From the IMG/VR virus record IMGVR_UViG_3300037312_000757: DNA of 64,000 bases; one strand, written 5' to 3'. Of the stretch, positions 56,481 through 64,000 are shown in pieces (the stretch's first letter is position 1; every line of letters begins with the position of its first letter). The translations under genes were made by a program, and so were the position numbers. This stretch comes from a virus. Lineage: Duplodnaviria; Heunggongvirae; Uroviricota; Caudoviricetes. Under the pieces are notes generated by a model. That model searched no databases. It was given only the letters and a program-made list of their open reading frames with translations, and was not told the DNA's origin.

Positions 56481-59258
56481 TTAGGCACGATTTGGATCTA
56501 AATTCGAGCCCATTTTCTTCATAGCGTCGTTGGCTTGCTGCGCTATTGCACGTTCCTGAGCATTACCGTGGTTCAGGGCTTCAAGCATCTTCATCATAAT
56601 CTGGTTGGTAGACGCCATCTGTCTCTGCATGTCGGCATTTTGCTTTTGCAGAGTGTTAACCAGATTTTGCAGATTTGCTACCTCAACATTCGGTGTTGCT
56701 GTTGTAGATGTTGATGGAGTTGATGGGCCGGAAGTATTACCAACTGCACTGTCAAATGCCTTGACCAACAGTGAACCGCCTGGTAGGGCCAAGATGGCCT
56801 TCTTCATAATACCAAACACATCGAAGTTCTTTAGCCAGGTAAACTTAGAAGACAACCAGTCACCGATACTGCTGAAGACGTTACCCAAACTGTCGAAGAA
56901 ACCGCCGATGTTGGTTTTTATTGCATCCCAAGTTGCAGTGAACCCGTTATCTCGGATTGAGTTGAACAATGTGATGGCCGCACCGAGTGGTGTGAACTTG
57001 AACGCAGTCTTGAACCATCCAAATACTTTACTCAAAGCACCACCGACCCAGTCGAGTGCCTTACCCAGAGCGGTCTTGATCGGGTCCCAGTTAGAGATAA
57101 TGATGCCTGCCAATGCACCTACACCTCCACCAATCAGTGTTCCTAGGGGACCAAACATCGAACCTATCTGCGCACCTAGGCCGCCCATTGACAGAGCGTT
57201 GGAGAGCGTTTCCTTCCCCTTAAAATCTGGTGCAAGATCCAATGCTGCACCGCCAGCAGCCGCAGCCAGACCACCAAAGCGGGAAGCACCTGCAACCAAA
57301 CGCCCTGGGTTACGCATCAAATTACGAGCACCAAGACGGGCGGCACCGACACCATATGAGACTGTGTTTCTGATGTTGCTTGGCAAGGCACGCAGGTTGT
57401 TCATGAAACCGCCAACACGTTGACCAGCACGACGGCCTGCTCTGCGCCAACGAGCACCACGTGGAACACGTGAGCCTGTACCATGCAACTCGTCTTCGGC
57501 GGCTTCGATAGCATTACCATAGCTTGCCCCACCAGGACCTGTTGTTCGCAGAGCTGAACCGTTACCGTAACGACCCAATGCTTGACTCATACCTTCAGCA
57601 ATGGCTACACGTTGACGTGATGCCTCCTTGGTTTCTTTGTATTTCTTTGCCAGATACTTCGTACCAAAATACAGAGCCAGAGCGCCAGCCACTGTACCAA
57701 GCACACCGAATTTCTCTACTAGCTTGTTGACAACACTGACAACCTTTGTCAATCCTTCAGCCGCAAGACTTACGCCACTGATGAGCTTTTCGCCGATCCA
57801 GAAGACCGCATTACCTAGCTTTGTGAGGTTCTCTGGTGTGAACACACGGCTGAACAGTTGCTCAGCCTGGGCACCAAGTGCCTTGAAATTAGTCACCAAT
57901 GTTGCAAACGCAGGTGTTTCTGACCAAGCAATGATGGTCTTTAGGAATGTTTCACGGATCGCCCCACTGACCTCCTTGAAGATTTCCTCCAAGTTGCTGA
58001 TTGCCTTAGTGGCCGCCGTTTGCATTTGGGCTTGTTCGCGCTGTTTGCGGATATTATCGGCCGAGAAGTTGCCAGCTTGGTTTTCCATATCCTTGATCAT
58101 TGCAATTGCCTTGATTGCGGATTGATTACCAGCCTGAGCTTGCAAGTTCAAGGTTGCCATATTGGCCTTGCCTTGAGCCAAGAAATCTTGATAGAATTTT
58201 GCTTCGTCTTCAGGAGACAGATCTTGGCCACTCTTAATCTTGTTGGCCATCTGATCCATCATATTAGCCACGCCATACAGACCAGCATTTGTGAAGTCTT
58301 TCACCGCTTGAGTCATGTAAGCGCCACCACTACCGATGGTATCAGCAAGCATACCTGACAACGCCTTACCGGCCTCACCCGGGAGTGACGACAAGAACAT
58401 CACTGCCTTAGTAGATGCCTGGATAACTGCTTGGCTGTTATTGCCTTCCTGGGTAATAGCAGCAGAACGCAATGTTGCTGATTGCAATGCAGTATTTGCA
58501 TCCTTCAGCAAATCCATACGATTCTTACCACTAACCGCAGCCAATGCGCTTGACTCAATAGCCAAGTCACGCATTGAGCTAACTGCTTGACTAGTTGAGG
58601 TATTTTGCAGACGACCAAAGAGAGACAAAGTCTGAGTGTAATTACCAACGACGTCATTCAAGTCGCTAGTTGACATCCCCAGTTCGCCGACATCCTTCAA
58701 ACTTTCACGAAGACCGCGACTCCATTGTCCAAGACCTTGGGCACCAAGAGTTGCAGCAGCTTGACTGTTCTTCTTGATCAGATCAGCAAATTCACCCAAT
58801 GGCAAACGTGCTTGAGCAGCAGCCAGAGACAATTGCATCAAGCTACCGTTGAAAGTCTGGCCTACAGAACGGAGCGCTTGATAGTTCTGGAATGTTTGCT
58901 TGATGCTTTGCTCAATCGCGACACCGATCATGGCACCGGCAGTTACGAATGTGGCAGCAGTCTTGGTGAAGATACCGCCAGTTGACTCTGTCGCAGCCTT
59001 CAATTGCTTGAAGGAACCGGACATGTTGGTGGTATTTTGTTCCAAGTGCAGCGCAAAGCGCTTTGCCCCGTTACCAAGAATTGTCAACGACTTACCAAAG
59101 TCAGTTGCGCCATCCTTTACACCCTTGAACAAATCATTGTTTTTCTTGCCGGTAGTATTATCGCCGTCACTGGCTTTCACCAATTTGTTCATAGAACCGC
59201 TGATGTTACTCAGATGAGTCAACATCGCATTGATGTCTTGTGGATTGATGTCAGCCAT
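56481..59258 (-). CDS. Tape measure protein
   Basis: 925 aa, Ala/Gly-rich helical, periodic W/F and hydrophobic segments, divergent from hub chaperone. Confidence 0.7.
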   Translation of the reverse strand: MADINPQDINAMLTHLSNISGSMNKLVKASDGDNTTGKKNNDLFKGVKDGATDFGKSLTILGNGAKRFALHLEQNTTNMSGSFKQLKAATESTGGIFTKTAATFVTAGAMIGVAIEQSIKQTFQNYQALRSVGQTFNGSLMQLSLAAAQARLPLGEFADLIKKNSQAAATLGAQGLGQWSRGLRESLKDVGELGMSTSDLNDVVGNYTQTLSLFGRLQNTSTSQAVSSMRDLAIESSALAAVSGKNRMDLLKDANTALQSATLRSAAITQEGNNSQAVIQASTKAVMFLSSLPGEAGKALSGMLADTIGSGGAYMTQAVKDFTNAGLYGVANMMDQMANKIKSGQDLSPEDEAKFYQDFLAQGKANMATLNLQAQAGNQSAIKAIAMIKDMENQAGNFSADNIRKQREQAQMQTAATKAISNLEEIFKEVSGAIRETFLKTIIAWSETPAFATLVTNFKALGAQAEQLFSRVFTPENLTKLGNAVFWIGEKLISGVSLAAEGLTKVVSVVNKLVEKFGVLGTVAGALALYFGTKYLAKKYKETKEASRQRVAIAEGMSQALGRYGNGSALRTTGPGGASYGNAIEAAEDELHGTGSRVPRGARWRRAGRRAGQRVGGFMNNLRALPSNIRNTVSYGVGAARLGARNLMRNPGRLVAGASRFGGLAAAAGGAALDLAPDFKGKETLSNALSMGGLGAQIGSMFGPLGTLIGGGVGALAGIIISNWDPIKTALGKALDWVGGALSKVFGWFKTAFKFTPLGAAITLFNSIRDNGFTATWDAIKTNIGGFFDSLGNVFSSIGDWLSSKFTWLKNFDVFGIMKKAILALPGGSLLVKAFDSAVGNTSGPSTPSTSTTATPNVEVANLQNLVNTLQKQNADMQRQMASTNQIMMKMLEALNHGNAQERAIAQQANDAMKKMGSNLDPNRA

Positions 59259-59364
59259 GAAAAAGTCCTACTTATAGGTTATCTGAATATTTATTCAGGC
59301 ATTAAGTACGTAGATAATTAGTCACTCATAAATAGAGAAAACAGCGTACTTTATAGAGGAAGCT

Positions 59365-60204
59365 ATGACAACTATGACTCCAAATCCTTTGGCAAAATAC
59401 TACCGTGCGCCTGGCATCAATGTCCGTTTGCCAAGCGGGGGTCGTTTCCAACCAGAAGGTAACGTCACCTTCGCCCCAAACGGCGAACTGCCAGTGCTAC
59501 CAATGCGTAGTGCTGATGAGATGCTCATGAAGAGCCCTGATGCTCTGATGAGTGGTCACGCCATCGAATCGTGTATCAAGAGCTGCGTTCCGTCAATTCA
59601 GGATCCACAAGCTCTACCATCTCCTGATGTGGATGCAATTTTGCTGGCTATCCGTGCTGCAACATTTGGTGACCAGATGGATATCGAATGCGAATGCCCA
59701 AAGTGCAAGGCTGAGAACTCATTTGCGTTCAGTATTACAGCAATTTTGGACACAGCCATCCCTCTTGCCGAGGAATATCCAGTCCGTCTGTCTGACGAAG
59801 TGATTGTCTACGTGCGCCCTTTTAATCTGGTTACCAGCACTGCGATCAGTACACTGGCATTCCAGGAAGCACGTAAGATGCAATTCCTTGAGCAGTCAGA
59901 GGCAACGGAAGAAGAAAAGCAGCGCGAGCTCAACAAGAGCTTCGATAACATCAACGCCATGAACAACCGTTCAGTCGTTGACAGTATTCAGATGGTTGTG
60001 GTACCAGAAGGACATGTGGTTGATCGTGCCCAGATTGCTGAGTTTATCAACAACATTCCATCAGACTGGTCAAAGAAGATCGAACTGCAATTGAAGGCAG
60101 TGAATGAGGCTGGGGTTCAGAAGCAGCAGAAGGTACAGTGTGCTAAATGCGGCGAAGAATTCGAAACCAATGTTGAATTCGACCCATCGAATTTTTTCGA
60201 ATAA
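59365..60204 (+). CDS. Baseplate hub/tail assembly chaperone (gp26-like)
   Basis: NPLAKYYR, RLPSGG, DVDAILLAIRAATFG, two CxxC. Confidence 0.8.
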   Translation: MTTMTPNPLAKYYRAPGINVRLPSGGRFQPEGNVTFAPNGELPVLPMRSADEMLMKSPDALMSGHAIESCIKSCVPSIQDPQALPSPDVDAILLAIRAATFGDQMDIECECPKCKAENSFAFSITAILDTAIPLAEEYPVRLSDEVIVYVRPFNLVTSTAISTLAFQEARKMQFLEQSEATEEEKQRELNKSFDNINAMNNRSVVDSIQMVVVPEGHVVDRAQIAEFINNIPSDWSKKIELQLKAVNEAGVQKQQKVQCAKCGEEFETNVEFDPSNFFE

Positions 60205-60428
60205 AGCTCCTCCATACCCCTCCTGAGAAGGTACCAGGTCTCCTGGAATACATGAAAAAGGAACGGGATGAGCTAACAGATCAAATTCACGAACTTATGT
60301 GGCATTACCGGGGTAGTTTGTCACGTGATGAGGCCTGGACCGTTTGCGTTGAAGAACGCAAGAGGATGATCAAGGCGATCGAGAAACGCATTAAGACGGT
60401 TGAACAATCTGGTTTGCCGTTGCTCTAA
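60198..60428 (+). CDS. gp51-like/tail chaperone second ORF (ATG 60252, or reached by -1 frameshift)
   Basis: Hand translation ...MKKERDELTDQIHELMWHYRGSLSRDEAWTVCVEERKRMIKAIEKRIKTVEQSGLPLL; frame open back to the T TTT TTC site. Confidence 0.75.
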   Translation, partial: RIKLLHTPPEKVPGLLEYMKKERDELTDQIHELMWHYRGSLSRDEAWTVCVEERKRMIKAIEKRIKTVEQSGLPLL

Positions 60429-60433
60429 AAGGA

Positions 60434-60465
60434 AAGGCCCTAGATTCATTTTCTAGGGCCCTTTT
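60434..60465 (+). terminator. Terminator GGCCCTAGA...TCTAGGGCC-CTTTT
   Basis: Stem plus T-tract after the 60428 stop. Confidence 0.75.
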
Positions 60466-60731
60466 ACTACCAGTTTGCGATCTGTGTATTCTAATTTGTC
60501 TTAGATCGCGCTTTTCTACCAACTCTATATTATACTAATCATTATATATTATATCAGTGCCGTCACTGCTCGGCGAATGATTAGACTTGCCATCATACCT
60601 GCAGTTACAATGGCCCAATCATTCAGTTAGTTACACCCTCTAACAAGTTAGTAAATAAAAGAGGGCGTGTCTACCATGCCATAACTATAACAAAGGAAGG
60701 CAACTGCTTCAATAGTTGCCAAACCATTAAG

Positions 60732-61244
60732 ATGCCAAGTAAAGCAAAAGCAAAAGGCAACAGCGGCGAACGCGAGCTGTGCAAAATCCTAGCAGGAATT
60801 TTCGAAGGTTCATTCATCCGCGTCCCAGGTTCAGGTGCCTACATCGGCGGCACCAACGCAATCCGTCGTGAGTACATGAGCGAAGGTCAAGTTCGTCATG
60901 CCAAGGGTGACATTCAACCACCTGACTTCATGCCAAAACTCGTGCTCGAATGTAAGTTCTACGCCGATTTCCCATTCCATTCACTTATGACACCAGGTGC
61001 CATTCCTCAATTGGACACATGGATTGAGCAAACACTCGACTGTGTAGAAGAAGGTGATGTATGGTACGTGGCATTCAAAATCAACCGTAGAGGTTTCTTT
61101 GCTACTGTACCTTTTGAAGGATCAGAAAAATATACATTTGGCAACCATTCAGTATATACTGGAAAGCACGGTAAGTTTGTTGTTACCGAGTTGTCTGAGT
61201 TCTTTACACTAAACAAAGACATCATTTTGCAAATCACAGCATAA
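60732..61244 (+). CDS. Holliday junction resolvase (Hjc-like PD-(D/E)xK)
   Basis: KAKGNSGEREL, RVPGSGA, GDI, LECK. Confidence 0.85.
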   Translation: MPSKAKAKGNSGERELCKILAGIFEGSFIRVPGSGAYIGGTNAIRREYMSEGQVRHAKGDIQPPDFMPKLVLECKFYADFPFHSLMTPGAIPQLDTWIEQTLDCVEEGDVWYVAFKINRRGFFATVPFEGSEKYTFGNHSVYTGKHGKFVVTELSEFFTLNKDIILQITA

Positions 61245-61248
61245 ACTA

Positions 61249-61731
61249 ATGGCAAAGAAAAGACACCCATCTAGATCCGCACCACCAGGTGCGGTGCGGG
61301 GTAGAAGAGGTCGGCGCCGCGGCAACATGTCATCATGGCGTCGTTCGTATTCTTCGCCGTCGAAGGTCGAATGGACGACGAAGAAGTCTGGTAAACGTCG
61401 TCGTATAGCTACGCTTCAGAATCTGAATATTCGTGAAGTTCAGAAACCAGAAGGTGAGATTCATGAGTATCGGGTTTACATCAAAACTGAAGCGAGCTGG
61501 GCGACACTTACCAAGATCGACGAAGAGCTGACACAATGGGTCAAATCCTGCCTGTCAGGGCAATTTAAAATGTATCGTACACGGTGCCGTCAATGGTCTT
61601 GCCTCACAAGCATTAAGCTTGAGAGCGAATCAGACCTCATGATGTTCATGCTATGCCATCGCGAGCATGTACGAAAAATCTTCCGAATGGTAGACGAGCC
61701 CACTAAGGGCTCGTCTGCTGTCAACGTCTAA
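61249..61731 (+). CDS. Arg-rich protein with family A-like C-terminal domain
   Basis: IKLESESDLMMFML. Confidence 0.65.
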   Translation: MAKKRHPSRSAPPGAVRGRRGRRRGNMSSWRRSYSSPSKVEWTTKKSGKRRRIATLQNLNIREVQKPEGEIHEYRVYIKTEASWATLTKIDEELTQWVKSCLSGQFKMYRTRCRQWSCLTSIKLESESDLMMFMLCHREHVRKIFRMVDEPTKGSSAVNV

Positions 61732-62091
61732 TCAGCGAATTCGCTTTTCAATCCGCAAAATCTTCGGCAAAGCTTCGTGATCGGGATTCACAAGCTTTGT
61801 CAGGATCATCCAGCCAGTGTTCTGGCAGTACAGTTCAATTCCGTATTCGGCATCCTTGTTGAACTCGTAACGGATGAACCAATCCTTGCCTTCCTCACCA
61901 CACTGTGAGTTCATCAAGTCTTCGAGCTCGTTAGCCAGATAGTTGTTGTAGAATTCATTCTTGTTTTCAAACAGCAGGCGATATTGAATGTCCTTGAACA
62001 GGGAGCGGGGATCCCAGTACTCGTCAAAAGCATTGACTTCGACGTTTTCAATCTTGCGTTCTTCTTTTTGTTCTTTGTCTTGATCCGTCAT
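61732..62091 (-). CDS. Small family A-like protein
   Basis: CGEEGKDW...LYCQNTGWMILTKL. Confidence 0.6.
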   Translation of the reverse strand: MTDQDKEQKEERKIENVEVNAFDEYWDPRSLFKDIQYRLLFENKNEFYNNYLANELEDLMNSQCGEEGKDWFIRYEFNKDAEYGIELYCQNTGWMILTKLVNPDHEALPKILRIEKRIR

Positions 62092-62381
62092 TTGTTATCC
62101 GTATAGGTAATGGTTGCGTATTTTAACAGAAATTGCTCGGCTGTTGATGGATCCAGTTTCATTGTAACCAGCCAGTTCGAATCTGGTGATACGATCTTGT
62201 AGACATCAACTGCTATTCCCTGTTCGTCATATTCTGACGCTATCTGCGTCACCAAGCAGCCATCGGTCGAGCCGTAATAAGACTCCAGCCGTTCAAGTAT
62301 GGCGTCAGATAGGCGAGCATACTGCAATGCAAATGCAATCACTCGCAGACGATTGATCTTCAAGATTACTGTTGATGGCAT
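62088..62381 (-). CDS. Small family A-like protein
   Basis: IVSPDSNWLVTMKL; similar to neighbour. Confidence 0.55.
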   Translation of the reverse strand: MPSTVILKINRLRVIAFALQYARLSDAILERLESYYGSTDGCLVTQIASEYDEQGIAVDVYKIVSPDSNWLVTMKLDPSTAEQFLLKYATITYTDNK

Positions 62382-62441
62382 AGTTGTTCAAATGAATATG
62401 GCACCCATCGTGGGTGCCATAGTTTACTGCAAAGTTGTCAA

Positions 62442-64000
62442 TTACTCAATGTCGTCGGCTTCGTTGTCGAAACGCGTGAACGAGTTCTCTTTCTTCACCA
62501 GCAAGAGTTTGTTCACTCGACCAACCAAATCATCCTTGTGAGAGATCAGGAAGATGTTCTTGTTTCGATCACGCGCCATACGCTTCATGAGATCAAGGGC
62601 ATTTTCACTGCCCTGCTGATCCAAACCATTGTCGATCATTTCGTCAACGAAAAGCAGATTGACCGTCTGGTTCAAGCTTTCCCACACATCACGGAATGCC
62701 CAGCTAGTAGCCAGAATAACGCGTGTTGATTCACCACGGCTCAACTGCTCAAAGTCGAAGTCACGACCCAGCAAGTTGATCTCAACGCTCAAGTCAGAAC
62801 CAAACTTTACTTCGTGCGGAAGTGCCAGCTTTTCCAAGTAGAAGTTCAGTCGGTGGTTCAAGTGATTGATATTCTGGTCGATAATCTTCTTACGGATGAA
62901 TGAATCTTTGCTTGTCAACAATTTGATCAGGAAATCCTGGTGCTTCAACAGCGTTTGCAACTCGTTCAGTGTCTCGTAAGTGACTTCCTGAATACCGCCT
63001 GTTTCCAGTGAAACAATCTGGTCTTGGTATGGATTCATGACCGTAGTTTCACGTTCAATTGTCTCAAGCAAATTGTTGATTGTGTTGCGGTGTTCGTACG
63101 CTTGCTCCAAGCTTGAATAAGTTGTGATTGGCTCGTCACCAATCAACGCCAAACCCTCTTCCAGTTGTTTTACAAGTGTGGAGTTCTCTTCCATCTCGGT
63201 CGCAATGGTGACGATATCTGGTTCAATCTTGGCGATCTTTGCTTTCAAGTCGGCAATAATGCGCTCGTTACTACCATCGTGTGTTTCCTGACCACATGTT
63301 GGACACTGATGGTTTTCCGCAGCGGTCAAGTCTGTCAAATAGCGTTCCAAGCTGGCATTCTTAGTAAGCAGGTCATTTTCTAGACGACGCATATCGCGGC
63401 GCGCCCTAGTCAACTCTGATGACAGGACTTTGAAGTCGCCAAGTTTCTTATGCTTGTCGATTTCGTCTTCAATGTCCAAGTTACGCAAATTGTTGAGTTG
63501 GCTCTCAGCCAACAATACTTTACGGTCACGTTCCTTGTCCCACGCTTTGCTCTTCAACTGCAAATCACTGATCGAAGCTTGCATCTTCTTGTTGGCTTCA
63601 AGCACTGCCTTGATACGTGATTCCTCGTCCTTGATTGAATCCTTGGTGTTTTTGATCAGTTCCTTCAGCACTTCAGCACGAGTACTGATCTGGGTGATAC
63701 CAAGAAGTTCTTCGATGATCTGGCGTTGGTCACCAGGTCGCATCTTCAAGAACGGCTCTGTGTATGTATTCAGAGCGATAATGTGGCGGAACATGTCATG
63801 ACTAAATCCAAGCACGCGCTCGATTTCAACCTGGGTGAACTTGTTTTCGCCTTGAGCTTCATCATTCGTTGGATCTACTTGCAAATTGTCGCCAACGTAA
63901 TATCGCATGAACGTGGGCTTACGACCACGTTCGATACGATATGACTTGCCATCCTTCTCGAATTCAATACTAACGACCATGTTCTTGACGTTAATGTTGT
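62442..64000 (-). CDS. Recombination exonuclease ATPase subunit (T4 gp46/SbcC-like), 5' part outside window
   Basis: CPTC hook, LSRGE signature, LLFVDE, ISH. Confidence 0.93.
   Translation of the reverse strand, partial: NINVKNMVVSIEFEKDGKSYRIERGRKPTFMRYYVGDNLQVDPTNDEAQGENKFTQVEIERVLGFSHDMFRHIIALNTYTEPFLKMRPGDQRQIIEELLGITQISTRAEVLKELIKNTKDSIKDEESRIKAVLEANKKMQASISDLQLKSKAWDKERDRKVLLAESQLNNLRNLDIEDEIDKHKKLGDFKVLSSELTRARRDMRRLENDLLTKNASLERYLTDLTAAENHQCPTCGQETHDGSNERIIADLKAKIAKIEPDIVTIATEMEENSTLVKQLEEGLALIGDEPITTYSSLEQAYEHRNTINNLLETIERETTVMNPYQDQIVSLETGGIQEVTYETLNELQTLLKHQDFLIKLLTSKDSFIRKKIIDQNINHLNHRLNFYLEKLALPHEVKFGSDLSVEINLLGRDFDFEQLSRGESTRVILATSWAFRDVWESLNQTVNLLFVDEMIDNGLDQQGSENALDLMKRMARDRNKNIFLISHKDDLVGRVNKLLLVKKENSFTRFDNEADDIE

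Noticed and set aside
1-64000. Alternative genetic code, introns/inteins in core genes, tRNA genes
   Set aside because: Core genes are full-length and uninterrupted in the standard code, and TAG, TAA and TGA all end genes; no cloverleaf was seen by eye (tRNAscan not run)

Overview
This is a 64-kb slice of a large T4-superfamily (jumbo-type) myophage genome in the standard genetic code, with most genes on the minus strand. It holds three core modules. (1) Replication/recombination: gp41-like helicase, gp61-like primase, a 195-aa miniature DnaE-like polymerase, gp62-like clamp-loader subunit, UvsW, UvsY, UvsX, gp32 SSB, gp46, a Holliday junction resolvase and a dNMP kinase. (2) Head/packaging: portal, prohead core/scaffold, gp21-like protease, major capsid protein, large and probable small terminase, gp4. 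(3) Neck/tail: gp13, gp14, gp15, sheath, tube, tape measure and a hub chaperone. Many structural genes are preceded by T4-type late promoter cores (TAAATA). The core genes do not explain the following. (i) A two-part DNA element present three times at 42.2-42.4 kb and once, inverted and overprinted inside a nucleotidyltransferase gene, at 2.05-2.13 kb; both sites sit in G/T-skewed zones (candidate replication origins). (ii) A ~230-nt structured RNA candidate with its own promoter between sheath and tube, and a ~100-nt promoter-to-terminator sRNA candidate at 15.2 kb. (iii) About 30 small, divergent proteins with related C-terminal motifs, including a 15-gene array at 44-49.6 kb. (iv) Putative head polyproteins with repeated protease-site-bounded peptides. 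(v) A probable -1 frameshift in the tail chaperone gene. No tRNA, rRNA or CRISPR array was recognised. All calls come from motif recognition by eye; no database searches were run.
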